Assembly: GCA_900549225.1 (NCBI GenBank)
Contig: URNP01000002.1
Location: 1,705 to 65,704 of the forward strand
Source of the DNA: an uncultured Eubacteriales bacterium
GTDB lineage: Bacteria; Bacillota; Clostridia; Christensenellales; CAG-917
DNA length: 64,000 nt
Direction: 5' to 3'
The translations under genes were made by a program, and so were the position numbers. Positions 25,042 through 35,316 of the stretch are shown here, one piece after another. Numbering within the stretch: position 1 is the first letter of the stretch; every line of letters begins with the position of its first letter. Under the pieces are notes generated by a model that was given only the letters and a program-made list of their open reading frames with translations, made no database searches and was not told where the DNA came from.

Positions 25042-28000
25042 ATGTACAAACCTGTTGAAACAAATTTGAATTTCGTCGATCGCGAAAAGGAGGTTCTCGC
25101 TTTTTGGAAAGAGGAGAACATTTTTGAAAAGAGCGTAAAAAAGAACGAAGGTAATCCCGAATTTAGTTTTTACGACGGTCCGCCCACTGCGAACGGTAAA
25201 CCGCATATCGGACACATTCTCACTCGCGTTATGAAGGATATTATCCCTCGCTACAAGACGATGAAGGGTTATCACGTTTTGCGCAAAGCGGGTTGGGATA
25301 CTCACGGTCTGCCCGTGGAATTGGAAGTCGAAAAACAACTCGGCATCGACGGTAAGCAGGAAATCGAAAAGTACGGCATCGAGCCTTTTATCAAAAAATG
25401 TAAGGAATCCGTTTGGAAATACACCGACGAGTGGCAAAAAATGTCCGATCGTATCGGGTATTGGGCGGATATGCAAAATCCCTACGTCACTTACGACAAC
25501 AACTATATCGAGTCGGTATGGTGGGCTATCAAGCAGATGGCTGACAAGGGACTTATCTATAAAGGCTACAAAATCGTGCCGTATTGTCCTCGTTGCGGAA
25601 CGGCTCTTTCCTCTCACGAAGTGGCGCAAGGCTACAAGGACGTTGAGGAAACTTCCGTTTTCGTCAAATTCAAAGTTAAAGGCATTGAAAACACGTATTT
25701 CCTCGCTTGGACGACTACGCCTTGGACGCTTCCGTCTAACGTCGCTCTTTGTATGAACGGCAAAGAGGACTATACGAAGATTCAAGTCGGAGAGGAGTTT
25801 TATATCCTCGCAGACGCTTTGATTCCGTCCTTGTTCAAAGATGAAAACGAGTACGTCAAAATCGACACGAAAAAGGGTTGCGAATACGAATTCGTAGAAT
25901 ACGAACCGCTTTTCGATTACGACACGGGCGCAAAGGAAAAGGCGCACTATATCACCAACGATTCTTACGTCACGCTCACCGACGGCACGGGCATCGTGCA
26001 TATCGCGCCCGCATTTGGCGAGGATGACAGCAAAGTCGGCAAAAAGTACGGTTTGCCTTTCGTTCAGATGGTTGACGACAGAGGCAGATTCAAAGACGCC
26101 GTATACGACTTCAAAGGCTTGTTCTGCAAGGACGCAGACAAGTATATTATCGAGAAACTTAAGGGCGAAAACAAACTGTTCAAGGCAATGAAATTCACCC
26201 ATAGTTATCCCTTCTGCTGGAGATGCGACACGCCGCTTCTTTACTACGCTCGCTCGAGTTGGTTTGTAAAAATGACCGCTGTAAAAGAGCAACTTCTCGC
26301 TTCCAACGATTCGGTCAATTGGATGCCCGAAACCATCAAAAATGGCAGAATGGGCAACTTCCTTGAAAACGTCATCGATTGGGGCATTTCAAGAGAAAGA
26401 TATTGGGGCACGCCGCTTCCGATTTGGGTGTGCAACAAGTGCGGAAAGGTGCACGTCATCGGCTCTCGCGAGGAATTGCGCGAAAAAGCGCATCTCGATC
26501 ACGACGTCGAATTGCATCGTCCGTATATCGACGAGGTAAAGTGGGAGTGCGAATGCGGCGGCGAAATGGTGCGTACACCCGAAGTGCTCGACTGCTGGTT
26601 CGACTCGGGATCTATGCCTTTTGCTCAATGGCACTATCCGTTTGAAAATAGGGATATTTTCGAGAAAGTTTTTCCCGCAGACTTCATTTCGGAGGCTATC
26701 GACCAAACGAGAGGTTGGTTCTACACGCTTCTTGCCGTAAGCACGGTGCTTTTCGGTCGCGCTCCGTTCAAAAACTGTATAGTTCTCGGTCACGTCAACG
26801 ACAAAGACGGCATCAAAATGTCCAAACATAAGGGCAACGTCGTCGATCCGTGGACGGTGCTCGACAAGCAAGGCGCAGACGCTACGAGATGGTATTTCTA
26901 CACCACGAGCGCACCGTGGCTTCCTTCGAGATTCCACGCAGACGCAGTGAGCGAAACCCAACGCAAGTTTATGGGTACGCTTTGGAACACCTATGCGTTC
27001 TTCGTTCTGTACGCAGAAATCGACAAATTCAATCCCACGGAGCATAGACTCGAGGATCAGAAACTCACCATTATGGACAGATGGATCCTCTCTTGCCTTA
27101 ACTCGCTCATCAAGACCGTTGACGAGGGATTGGAACAATACAAAATCACCGAAACTTCGCGCGCAATCGGAGAGTTTGTTGACAACCTTTCCAACTGGTA
27201 CGTCCGTCGTTCGCGCGAGCGTTTCTGGGGAAGCGAGATGAGCAAGAGTAAAGAGGCGGCGTATACGACGCTTTACACCGTGCTCTCTACGCTCTCGAAG
27301 ATTCTTGCCCCGTACACGCCGTTTATGGCAGAGAGTATGTATCGCAACCTCGTGTGCAACTTCGATAAGGACGCTCCCGAAAGCGTACATCTTTGTTCGT
27401 TCCCCGTTGCAGACGAGAAGTATATCGACAAGGAACTCGAAAACGGTATGGGCGACGTGCTCAAACTCGTCGTTCTCGGCAGAGCCGCAAGAAACGCCTC
27501 CAACCTCAAGAACAGACAGCCGCTTTCCAAACTTTTCTACAACGGCAGATACGAACTCTCAAACGACCTCAAAGAACTCGTCGAGAACGAACTCAACGTC
27601 AAGTCCGTTGAGGTGTCGGGCGACAGTAACGTGTTCGTAAGTTACGATTTGAAGCCGCAACTTCGCACGCTCGGACCGAAATACGGCAGTTTGCTCGGCA
27701 AAATCAGAGAGGTTTTGCAGGCAAGAGCCAACGAAATCGTGTCCGCAATCAAGTCTCACGGTTTGTTTAAGGCAGACGTTGACGGCAGAGAAGTGGAACT
27801 TTCTAAAGACGACTTGCTCATCAGCATGAAGAACAAAGAAGGATATTCGAGCGAAAGCGACGGAGAAACCACCGTGGTTTTGGATACTCAACTCACCGAC
27901 GACCTCATTTTCGAGGGTGCGGAGCGTGAAATCGTGTCCAAGATTCAGACTATGAGAAAGGAAGCAGGCTTCGAGGTGACCGACCATATCGTCGTCGGAT

Positions 28001-28152
28001 ACAAGGCTGAGGGCATTGCGCTCAAAGTGTTTGAGAAAGCGGACTTCCTCTCCGACGTGCTTGCAGACTCAATTTCCACAACCATCGACGGTTTTGCAAA
28101 AGACTGCGATATAAACGGCGACAACGTCACTATCTCGGTGAAAAGAATCTGA
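25042..28152 (+). CDS. ileS: isoleucyl-tRNA synthetase (type 2, about 1036 aa)
   Basis: HIGH motif PHIGH, KMSKS motif KMSKHKGN, AGAGGA RBS. Confidence 0.97.
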   Translation: MYKPVETNLNFVDREKEVLAFWKEENIFEKSVKKNEGNPEFSFYDGPPTANGKPHIGHILTRVMKDIIPRYKTMKGYHVLRKAGWDTHGLPVELEVEKQLGIDGKQEIEKYGIEPFIKKCKESVWKYTDEWQKMSDRIGYWADMQNPYVTYDNNYIESVWWAIKQMADKGLIYKGYKIVPYCPRCGTALSSHEVAQGYKDVEETSVFVKFKVKGIENTYFLAWTTTPWTLPSNVALCMNGKEDYTKIQVGEEFYILADALIPSLFKDENEYVKIDTKKGCEYEFVEYEPLFDYDTGAKEKAHYITNDSYVTLTDGTGIVHIAPAFGEDDSKVGKKYGLPFVQMVDDRGRFKDAVYDFKGLFCKDADKYIIEKLKGENKLFKAMKFTHSYPFCWRCDTPLLYYARSSWFVKMTAVKEQLLASNDSVNWMPETIKNGRMGNFLENVIDWGISRERYWGTPLPIWVCNKCGKVHVIGSREELREKAHLDHDVELHRPYIDEVKWECECGGEMVRTPEVLDCWFDSGSMPFAQWHYPFENRDIFEKVFPADFISEAIDQTRGWFYTLLAVSTVLFGRAPFKNCIVLGHVNDKDGIKMSKHKGNVVDPWTVLDKQGADATRWYFYTTSAPWLPSRFHADAVSETQRKFMGTLWNTYAFFVLYAEIDKFNPTEHRLEDQKLTIMDRWILSCLNSLIKTVDEGLEQYKITETSRAIGEFVDNLSNWYVRRSRERFWGSEMSKSKEAAYTTLYTVLSTLSKILAPYTPFMAESMYRNLVCNFDKDAPESVHLCSFPVADEKYIDKELENGMGDVLKLVVLGRAARNASNLKNRQPLSKLFYNGRYELSNDLKELVENELNVKSVEVSGDSNVFVSYDLKPQLRTLGPKYGSLLGKIREVLQARANEIVSAIKSHGLFKADVDGREVELSKDDLLISMKNKEGYSSESDGETTVVLDTQLTDDLIFEGAEREIVSKIQTMRKEAGFEVTDHIVVGYKAEGIALKVFEKADFLSDVLADSISTTIDGFAKDCDINGDNVTISVKRI

Positions 28153-29012
28153 TGAAAATTGCTCCCGATTGGAAAGAATACAAGGTCATTGCCACAGGTG
28201 ACGGCGAAAAACTCGAGAAGTGGGGGAATATTACCCTTCTTCGTCCCGATCCGCAAGTGATTTGGCATGCAAAAACGCCTCTTGCCGACTACAAGGGCGT
28301 TGACGCAGTGTACGAGCGTTCTCGCACGGGCGGTGGAATGTGGAAATTCCGCCGTAACGTACCGTCCGAGTTTACGCTGTCCTGGCGCGACTTGACCTTT
28401 TCGTTGAAACTTATGGGTTTCAAACACACGGGGCTTTTTCCCGAACAAGCCGTCAATTGGGACAGAATGATGAAACTCATCAAAGAGTCGGGCAGGGAAA
28501 TTTCCGTGCTCAACCTGTTCGGATATACCGGCGCGGCGTCGGTGGCGTGTCTTAAGGCGGGCGCAAAAGTGTGCCACGTCGACAGCGCAAAAGCGATGGT
28601 CGAGCGCGCAGGCGAAAACGTGAGGTTGAGCGGTCTTGACAATTCGGGTATGAGATATATCATCGATGACTGCTTCAAGTTCTGCCAAAGAGAGATAAGA
28701 AGAGGAAAAAAATACGACGCGATTATCCTCGATCCGCCAAGTTTCGGAAGAGGTCCGAACGGCGAAAAATGGAAGATTGAAGAGGGTATATCCGAACTTT
28801 GCGAACTCGTTGCAAATCTGCTCTCCGACAATCCGCTCTTCGTGTGCCTCAACTCGTACACGACGGGATTGCAACCGACGGTTATGGCAAACATACTCAA
28901 ACTTACGCTTCCTAAAAACGCAATCATCGACGCGGACGAAATCGGACTCGCAACCGAAGAAGGACTCGTTCTACCACAAGGTTGCACGGCGTTTGCTACG
29001 TTTGAAAAATGA
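28152..29012 (+). CDS. class I SAM-dependent methyltransferase (RlmI/RlmK C-terminal domain-like)
   Basis: LNLFGYTGAAS SAM-binding loop and ILDPPSFGRG motif. Its start overlaps the ileS stop (ATGA). Confidence 0.75.
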   Translation: MKIAPDWKEYKVIATGDGEKLEKWGNITLLRPDPQVIWHAKTPLADYKGVDAVYERSRTGGGMWKFRRNVPSEFTLSWRDLTFSLKLMGFKHTGLFPEQAVNWDRMMKLIKESGREISVLNLFGYTGAASVACLKAGAKVCHVDSAKAMVERAGENVRLSGLDNSGMRYIIDDCFKFCQREIRRGKKYDAIILDPPSFGRGPNGEKWKIEEGISELCELVANLLSDNPLFVCLNSYTTGLQPTVMANILKLTLPKNAIIDADEIGLATEEGLVLPQGCTAFATFEK

Positions 29013-29118
29013 ACTGCGACGGCAATCAAACCGATTAGATACTCGAAAAGGTAACTGCTGCTCGGCAAAGAAAAGCGCAAAAGACAATCAAGCAAAAATC
29101 AACATATAGGATAAATTT

Positions 29119-29835
29119 ATGACATATCAGGACCTTAAAATCGTATACGAAGACAACCACATTCTCGTTGTCGTCAAACCCTACGACGTACCCGTTCAGG
29201 CGGACGAGAGCGGCGATGCGGATATGCTCACTTTGCTCAAACAATATCTCGTTGAGAAGTACAACAAGCCGGGAGACGCTTATCTCGGACTCGTGCATAG
29301 ACTCGACAGACCCACGGGCGGCGTTATGGTGTTTGCAAAAACTTCAAAAGCCGCGTCAAGACTTTGCGAGGCAATCCGCGACGGCGGCGTCGAAAAGAGA
29401 TATCTTGCAATCGTGGACGGCGCACCGAGATACAGCGCAGACAAATTGACTTGCTATCTCAAAAAGTTCCCCGATACCAACACGGTGAAGGTCGTTCCTG
29501 CTCTCTCGGAGGGTGCAAAATATGCCGAACTCGACTATAAGGTGCTTTGCAAGAAAACCGACGTGAGCCTTTTGATGGTGAATCTCGTCACGGGGCGCGG
29601 TCATCAAATCCGCGTGCAACTTGCAAATATGGGCAATCCTATCGTCGGTGACAAGAAGTATGGAAATAAGGCACAGAGCAAATATCCGCTCTGTCTTTGG
29701 GCGACGGAACTCCGCTTTGCTCATCCCGTGAGCGGAAAAGAGATGGTTTTCAGAGTTTATCCGCCGGAAGTCGCACCTTGGACGCTTTTCGATATGGACG
29801 CGTTTTTGAACATAACCATAAAGAATTGCTATTAA
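29119..29835 (+). CDS. RluA family pseudouridine synthase
   Basis: HRLDRPTGG catalytic Asp motif and GRGHQIR. Confidence 0.88.
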   Translation: MTYQDLKIVYEDNHILVVVKPYDVPVQADESGDADMLTLLKQYLVEKYNKPGDAYLGLVHRLDRPTGGVMVFAKTSKAASRLCEAIRDGGVEKRYLAIVDGAPRYSADKLTCYLKKFPDTNTVKVVPALSEGAKYAELDYKVLCKKTDVSLLMVNLVTGRGHQIRVQLANMGNPIVGDKKYGNKAQSKYPLCLWATELRFAHPVSGKEMVFRVYPPEVAPWTLFDMDAFLNITIKNCY

Positions 29836-29864
29836 TTTGCATTTTGAAAACATATTTATAGAAC

Positions 29865-29896
29865 AAAAAAGCGATGCTTTGCTGCATCGCTTTTTT
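29865..29896 (+). terminator. intrinsic terminator
   Basis: Stem GCGATGC (29871-29877) / GCATCGC (29884-29890), followed by TTTTTT. Confidence 0.8.
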
Positions 29897-30101
29897 GTGA
29901 TACAAGATATGGAAGAGAATTAGGTTGTATAGTGAATATGAGATAAAAGAGGTAAAATTTGAAAAATTAATGTTGAAACCTCTTTGAATCGTGATATTTT
30001 TGCGGTAATCGCCGATTTTGAGTCGGCATTTTTGCAATTTTGCAATGCAAAAAAAACCGCATCGTTCGGCAAAACCTTTTTTTGTTTAGTTTTTGTGGGG
30101 T

Positions 30102-30590
30102 TTACAGATTTTTTGCGACGAAGTACTTGTCGTCTTGGATTCGCTTGTATATCGAACCGATATATTTGTCGTTTGAAAACTCTTCTTCCAATTTCCTTTC
30201 TCCGTAACCAAGTGAAGATAGGATTTTGGCAAATTCGTTTTCGGCTGTTTCGAGACGTCTGAAAGTGGTGCGCATTGCGATATTTTGCGACTCGGAGATT
30301 TCGTTGAAAGTCCGTTTGTTTATCATTCTGTCCACGAGAATATCGCGTGATTTTTCTTTCATCTGCTTAAGCGCTTCGTTGATGAGGTATCGTAAATTGA
30401 CGATTTTCCGTTTTTCGTCGGTCAGTGCGATGATTTCACTAATTAATTGCTCGTTGCTTACACCGATTTTCAAGTGTCTGCTCTGAAAACTCGATTTTAC
30501 GCGACTTTCGATGCCGAAGTTCAGTTCTTTTACGATTTTCGGTAAAAGGACATAAGCAACAAGCACCGTGTTGCTCCAATTTTTTTTCAT
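30102..30590 (-). CDS. hypothetical protein with a sigma-70 region-4-like HTH
   Basis: 162 aa with a strong GGAGGG RBS. The segment ILVDRMINKRTFNEISESQNIAMRTTFRRLETAENEF resembles a region-4 HTH. No region 2 is visible. Confidence 0.4.
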   Translation of the reverse strand: MKKNWSNTVLVAYVLLPKIVKELNFGIESRVKSSFQSRHLKIGVSNEQLISEIIALTDEKRKIVNLRYLINEALKQMKEKSRDILVDRMINKRTFNEISESQNIAMRTTFRRLETAENEFAKILSSLGYGERKLEEEFSNDKYIGSIYKRIQDDKYFVAKNL

Positions 30591-30705
30591 ATTTCCCTCC
30601 GAAATTGTTGGAAATTCATCCTTTTGGCTACACTATAAAAAATGAAAACGCAAAAAGTCAATATTTTATGTCACTTTTTCGTAAAAATTTTGAAAAGTTT
30701 TTTAC

Positions 30706-31668
30706 TTATAACGAAAATCCCAAAATATATGAGAAAATCATACTCAACGCGCACTGTGTGCCTTTCATCAAAAGCAATTCGAAAAACCTTACGCCGCACT
30801 TTGAAAGAAACGTATAGTTTTGCAGAGTGACCGACAATCCGCCAAGTGACACCGCTCCCGTGCAAAGCGTAACTCCAAGTTGTAAGTTTGCGCATTTCGA
30901 ACATTCTATACTTGCTCTCGTCATTTCGATAAGGGAATAGACGCAGGACAATATCGGTTCTCTTGCGTTTCCCAGCCCCGAAAGTGCGTGCCGTATGCCG
31001 ACGAGTTCGAGCGTGTCGATAATCATTCCGCAAATCACGATATATCCGCCGACGTAGAGCATGTTTATCGTCGCTTTCGATATGGCTTTTGACAGTAACC
31101 CGTCAACGTCGTCGGTGCGAGCAAATACGTGTGCGTCTTGATCGGATTTTCTTTTTCTGTATATTAGCCCGTTTACGATTGCGCCGAGATAGTGCGCAAC
31201 GAGAACGATAACTCCGACTTTGCCGTTCGAAAATATTGCGCCGCCTATCGTTCCGATCATAAAAACCGGCCCGGACGTTGAGCAGAACGAGCATACGCTT
31301 TTGGCGTCTTTTTGCGTAATTGCGCCTGCTTCGTACAGTTCGTATATCGTGCTTGCGCCGACCGGATATCCGCATAGCATGCTTAAAAACAAAACGTATG
31401 CGCTTTCTTTTGGCGCGTTGTACATAAGTTTTACGCCTTTTGCACCCACTTTCGAGATTGCGCTCACTGCGCCCATATAGGTTAAAATCAACGAGCAAAA
31501 ATAGAATGGAAAAAGAGAGGGAAGCACGCTCGAGGCAAACAAACTCAACCCTCGCCTTGCCGAGTCGAGATAATAGTCGGGTTTTGCGAGCATAAAGCCC
31601 ATAAAAGCCGTTATCGCAACGCATGCGAGTATTTTGGGAATGTGTTCGTTTTTGAGATTTGAGTGCAT
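30706..31668 (-). CDS. ylbJ: sporulation integral membrane protein YlbJ (nucleoside-recognition/Gate domains)
   Basis: 320 aa. The N-terminus ..RRGLSLFASSVLPSLFPFYFCSLIL matches the YlbJ pattern. There is no SD, and the ATG lies just after the T-run of a hairpin. Confidence 0.75.
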   Translation of the reverse strand: MHSNLKNEHIPKILACVAITAFMGFMLAKPDYYLDSARRGLSLFASSVLPSLFPFYFCSLILTYMGAVSAISKVGAKGVKLMYNAPKESAYVLFLSMLCGYPVGASTIYELYEAGAITQKDAKSVCSFCSTSGPVFMIGTIGGAIFSNGKVGVIVLVAHYLGAIVNGLIYRKRKSDQDAHVFARTDDVDGLLSKAISKATINMLYVGGYIVICGMIIDTLELVGIRHALSGLGNAREPILSCVYSLIEMTRASIECSKCANLQLGVTLCTGAVSLGGLSVTLQNYTFLSKCGVRFFELLLMKGTQCALSMIFSYILGFSL

Positions 31669-31670
31669 AT

Positions 31671-31703
31671 AAAAAGCATATTCGCTTGCCTTGCGAATAT
31701 GCT
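31671..31703 (-). terminator. hairpin plus T-run between tmcAL-like gene and ylbJ
   Basis: 11-bp stem 31675-31685 / 31693-31703. On the minus strand it is followed by TTTTTAT and then the ylbJ ATG. Confidence 0.55.
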
Positions 31704-31730
31704 CATCGTAAACGGTGATTACAAGTGTGA

Positions 31731-32825
31731 TTACATACAGATTTTGAGAATTTTAGCCGCCTTTTCGTCGAGGTCAACGAGGGGGCGGACGGGGCAATCT
31801 TTTTCGCAGTCGCTGTGCTTGAAGAAGAAATAGCCCTTAGATTGTGCAAGCAAAGAGAGCAACGCCTTCTTCTTTGACGGCTTAAACGCCAAAGCGGTAC
31901 AATAGGGCGGTTGCTCTGCGGCGAGATTTATCAAATCCTTGGTAAGACCGACGGTTGCGCTTGCCGCTATTCTTTTTATGGTCGAGCGAGTATAGCGTTT
32001 GCTCGTAAGTCCCAAAAACTCGTCCATATTGTTGAATGAGGATTGGCTTATGCGATTTTCCATACCCTCGCTGATATTTGCGATTTCTTTGAGATCCTCT
32101 GCGCTCATAGACTTCATTGCGTAAGTGGAAATGACGTTGTATTTGTCGATATCGGTGTGCGTCGAAAGATCTACGAACGGGGGGATAAACGCCGCAATAT
32201 CTTCATTTTGTGCTATTAGATTGCGAATTTTCGTCGACGAAAGGAATTTTTTGCCGTCGTCGGGTTTGCGCTCGACGGAATGATATTGCACTTTTCCGCC
32301 GTACGCCGCGCCTGCTTTCATATATTCGACGGCAAGAATGTTGTTGGGGGATTTGAGCATATTCGATATGTCGGGGCGTATCTTGTCGAGTGCGAGAGTT
32401 CGTGATTTTGCAACGGAATATCCTTCGCTCAAATATCCCTTGAGAAGATTGCTTACGTCCTTTGATTCACTCCGCATAAACTCTGCCGCCATATTCAAAT
32501 CCTCTATTTCGTCGCTTTCCGTACCAAATGAGAGAGTGTATTCTCCGAGCATAGAAAGAGTTTTGAGCGCGCCTTCGGCAAATCCTTTTGCCGTTGAAAG
32601 AGAATAGACGGTGGGAAGTTCGAGCACCAAATCCGCTCCTGCCTGAATCGCCCAGTTTGCACGGGTATATCTGTCCTCAACGCATAAATCTCCGTGTTGA
32701 GTGAACGACGAACTCATCACGACAACCAAAGCGTCGGCGTTCGTTTCGCGCTTGGCTTTTTTGAGTTGCTTGAGATGCCCGTTGTGAAAGGGATTATATT
32801 CGGCTATTACGGCGGTTATTTTCAA
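31731..32825 (-). CDS. tmcAL: UPF0348/YlbM nucleotidyltransferase (tRNA-Met cytidine acetate ligase TmcAL-like)
   Basis: MKITAVIAEYNPFHNGHLKQL contains the HxGH motif. TTG start with a GAGGA RBS. Confidence 0.75.
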   Translation of the reverse strand: MKITAVIAEYNPFHNGHLKQLKKAKRETNADALVVVMSSSFTQHGDLCVEDRYTRANWAIQAGADLVLELPTVYSLSTAKGFAEGALKTLSMLGEYTLSFGTESDEIEDLNMAAEFMRSESKDVSNLLKGYLSEGYSVAKSRTLALDKIRPDISNMLKSPNNILAVEYMKAGAAYGGKVQYHSVERKPDDGKKFLSSTKIRNLIAQNEDIAAFIPPFVDLSTHTDIDKYNVISTYAMKSMSAEDLKEIANISEGMENRISQSSFNNMDEFLGLTSKRYTRSTIKRIAASATVGLTKDLINLAAEQPPYCTALAFKPSKKKALLSLLAQSKGYFFFKHSDCEKDCPVRPLVDLDEKAAKILKICM

Positions 32826-32925
32826 AATAAATCCTCATATTGTTGATTTTTGTGAGTTATTTATTTATAATTATAACTAAAAATAAAACAATTGCAATCA
32901 AAGTGCAACATTTTAGGAGTTTTAT

Positions 32926-33927
32926 ATGACGCAATTCGTTGAAAATCTTATGAGCAGAGCAAGCAAACTCGGCAAAACGATAGCACTTGCAGAAGGTACT
33001 GACGTACGCGCGGCAAAAGCGGCGGAAATTCTCACCCAAAAGAACGTTTGCAAAGTCGTTCTTATCGGCAACGAGGATGAAATCAAAGCAAAATTCCCCG
33101 AAATCGATTTCACGGGCGTTTCTTTCGACGATCCCAAGACGAGTGAGCACAGAGCGGAATATGCAAACACGCTTTTTGAACTTCGCAAGGCAAAAGGTAT
33201 GACGGAGGAGCAAGCGCTCAATATCGTCACCAACAACAATATGTTCTACGCGTGCGTGGCGCTCAAGCGCGGTGATGTTGACGGTGTCGTCGGCGGTGCG
33301 GTGTTCAGTTCAGCAGACGTATCGAGAGCAGCGTTCCAAGTCATCAAGGCAGCCCCCGGTATCAGTTCCGTTTCAAGTTGCTTCGTTATGGTTCCGCCCG
33401 AAGATTTCAAATACAAAAAGTATCCGGCATACATTTTTTCCGATTGCGCGGTTATTCCGTATCCCACGAGCGATCAGCTTTCCGATATCGTGGTCGCGGC
33501 GGCAGGCAGCGCAAAGAAAATCTGCGAAATGCAACCCAAAATCGCTATGCTTTCATTCTCTACGAAGGGCAGCGCAAATCACGAATCAGTCGAAAAAGTG
33601 CGTGTTGCATATCAAAAAGTCAAAGAAGAGCATCCTGAAATCGACGTTGACGGCGAACTCCAACTCGACGCGTCCCTCGTTGACAGCGTTGCAAATCAAA
33701 AAGCGCCGGGCAGCCCCGTTGCAGGTCAGGCAAACGTCCTCGTTTTCCCCAACCTCGACGCAGGCAATATCGGATACAAGATCGCTCAACGCTTTGGCAA
33801 CTGTATGGCAATCGGACCTATCATGCAAGGTCTTGCTCTTCCGGTAAACGACCTCAGCAGAGGCTGTGTGGCTGAAGATATCGCCGCTGTTGCCGCAATC
33901 ACCGCACTTCAATCCGTAAAGGACTAA
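32926..33927 (+). CDS. pta: phosphate acetyltransferase
   Basis: 333 aa, pta-ackA pair, TAGGAG RBS. The N-terminus ..SRASKLGKTIALAEGTDVRAAKAAEIL is typical of Pta. Confidence 0.95.
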   Translation: MTQFVENLMSRASKLGKTIALAEGTDVRAAKAAEILTQKNVCKVVLIGNEDEIKAKFPEIDFTGVSFDDPKTSEHRAEYANTLFELRKAKGMTEEQALNIVTNNNMFYACVALKRGDVDGVVGGAVFSSADVSRAAFQVIKAAPGISSVSSCFVMVPPEDFKYKKYPAYIFSDCAVIPYPTSDQLSDIVVAAAGSAKKICEMQPKIAMLSFSTKGSANHESVEKVRVAYQKVKEEHPEIDVDGELQLDASLVDSVANQKAPGSPVAGQANVLVFPNLDAGNIGYKIAQRFGNCMAIGPIMQGLALPVNDLSRGCVAEDIAAVAAITALQSVKD

Positions 33928-33942
33928 TAGGGGAGATATACA

Positions 33943-35133
33943 ATGAAGATTCTCGTTATCAACGCAGGAAGTTCGTCACTCAAATATCAACTTATCGATA
34001 TGGACACCGAGCAAGCCATTCTCAAAGGACTTTGCGAGCGTATCACTTTCGATGGCGGTGAGCTCACCCAAAAGACTGCCGACGGAAGAGTGCTCAATAT
34101 CAAACAAAATATGAAAGATCACACCGCCGCTATCGAACTCGTGCTCAAAGCAATGGTCGATCCCGTCTACGGTGCAATCAAATCTACCGACGAAATCAGC
34201 GCCGTCGGACACAGAGTTCTCCACAGCGGAGAGGACTTCAAGAGTTCTGTCGTCATCGACGACGAGGTTATCCGTATCTGCGAAAAGAATGCGGAACTCG
34301 GACCGCTTCATATGCCGGGCAATATTGCTTGCATAAAGAGTTGCAGAGAAGTTATGCCGGGCGTTCCGATGGTTGCGGTGTTCGATACGACATTTCACAG
34401 CACTATGCCTGCAAAGGCGTATATGTACGGAATTCCGTATTCGGTCTACGACAAGTACAAAGTGAGAAAGTACGGCTTCCACGGCACTTCTCATAAGTTC
34501 GTGAGCGAAGAAACGATCAAACTTCTCGGCAAAAAAGAGAGCAAAATCATCGTCTGCCACCTCGGCAACGGCTCTTCTATCTCTGCGGTGAAAGACGGCA
34601 AATGCCTCGACACTTCTATGGGATTTACGCCTCTTGAAGGTCTGGTTATGGGTACGCGCTCGGGCGATATCGATCCTGCGGCAAGCGAATTTATCCGTGC
34701 AAAACTCAACCTTACTCCCGAAGATCTCGTGCAATACCTCAACAAAAAGTGCGGTATGCTCGGCGTGAGCGAATTGAGCTCGGATATGCGCGACCTCGAA
34801 AAAGGTATCAACGAGGGCAACGAAAAGGCAAAACTTGCAGTTGAAGTTGTCGCTTATCGTATCAAGAAATATATCGGTTCGTATGCGGCGGTGCTCAACG
34901 GCGTTGACGCTATCGTCTTTACGGGCGGTATCGGCGAGCATAGCGACCTCATGCGCAGACTCGTTATGGAAGATATGGAATATCTCGGCGTCGATTTCGA
35001 CTTCGAGGCAAACAAGCAACACGGCGACGGCGTGAGAGTGCTCTCAAAGCCCGACAGCAAAGTCAAAGTGTTTATCCTTCCCACGAACGAGGAACTCTCT
35101 ATTGCAAGAGAGACCAAAGCACTTGCGCTTTGA
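33943..35133 (+). CDS. ackA: acetate kinase
   Basis: MKILVINAGSSSLKYQL plus HRVLHSG and FHGTSH motifs. Confidence 0.97.
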   Translation: MKILVINAGSSSLKYQLIDMDTEQAILKGLCERITFDGGELTQKTADGRVLNIKQNMKDHTAAIELVLKAMVDPVYGAIKSTDEISAVGHRVLHSGEDFKSSVVIDDEVIRICEKNAELGPLHMPGNIACIKSCREVMPGVPMVAVFDTTFHSTMPAKAYMYGIPYSVYDKYKVRKYGFHGTSHKFVSEETIKLLGKKESKIIVCHLGNGSSISAVKDGKCLDTSMGFTPLEGLVMGTRSGDIDPAASEFIRAKLNLTPEDLVQYLNKKCGMLGVSELSSDMRDLEKGINEGNEKAKLAVEVVAYRIKKYIGSYAAVLNGVDAIVFTGGIGEHSDLMRRLVMEDMEYLGVDFDFEANKQHGDGVRVLSKPDSKVKVFILPTNEELSIARETKALAL

Positions 35134-35240
35134 AAATGACAGATTCAACGCTTTTCGGGTGATTTTCGGATAATCTTGCCGATTATTGCCCGAAAATGCA
35201 AAAATATTGACGTCAAATGCTCGCAACTTTCAAAAAGCGT

Positions 35241-35269
35241 TTGACAACCTAACATAGATTTTATATAAT
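35241..35269 (+). promoter_or_regulatory. rpmF promoter TTGACA-17-TATAAT
   Basis: Consensus hexamers at 35241-35246 and 35264-35269. Confidence 0.7.
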
Positions 35270-35316
35270 CAAAAAGCTGTGTAAGCAAATGTTGCGAAAA
35301 TATTGGAGGTAAGAAG

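Noticed and set aside
24833-25069. 78-aa ORF overlapping tRNA-Gly and the ileS start
   Set aside because: It is explained by the tRNA gene and the promoter region, and it has no RBS.
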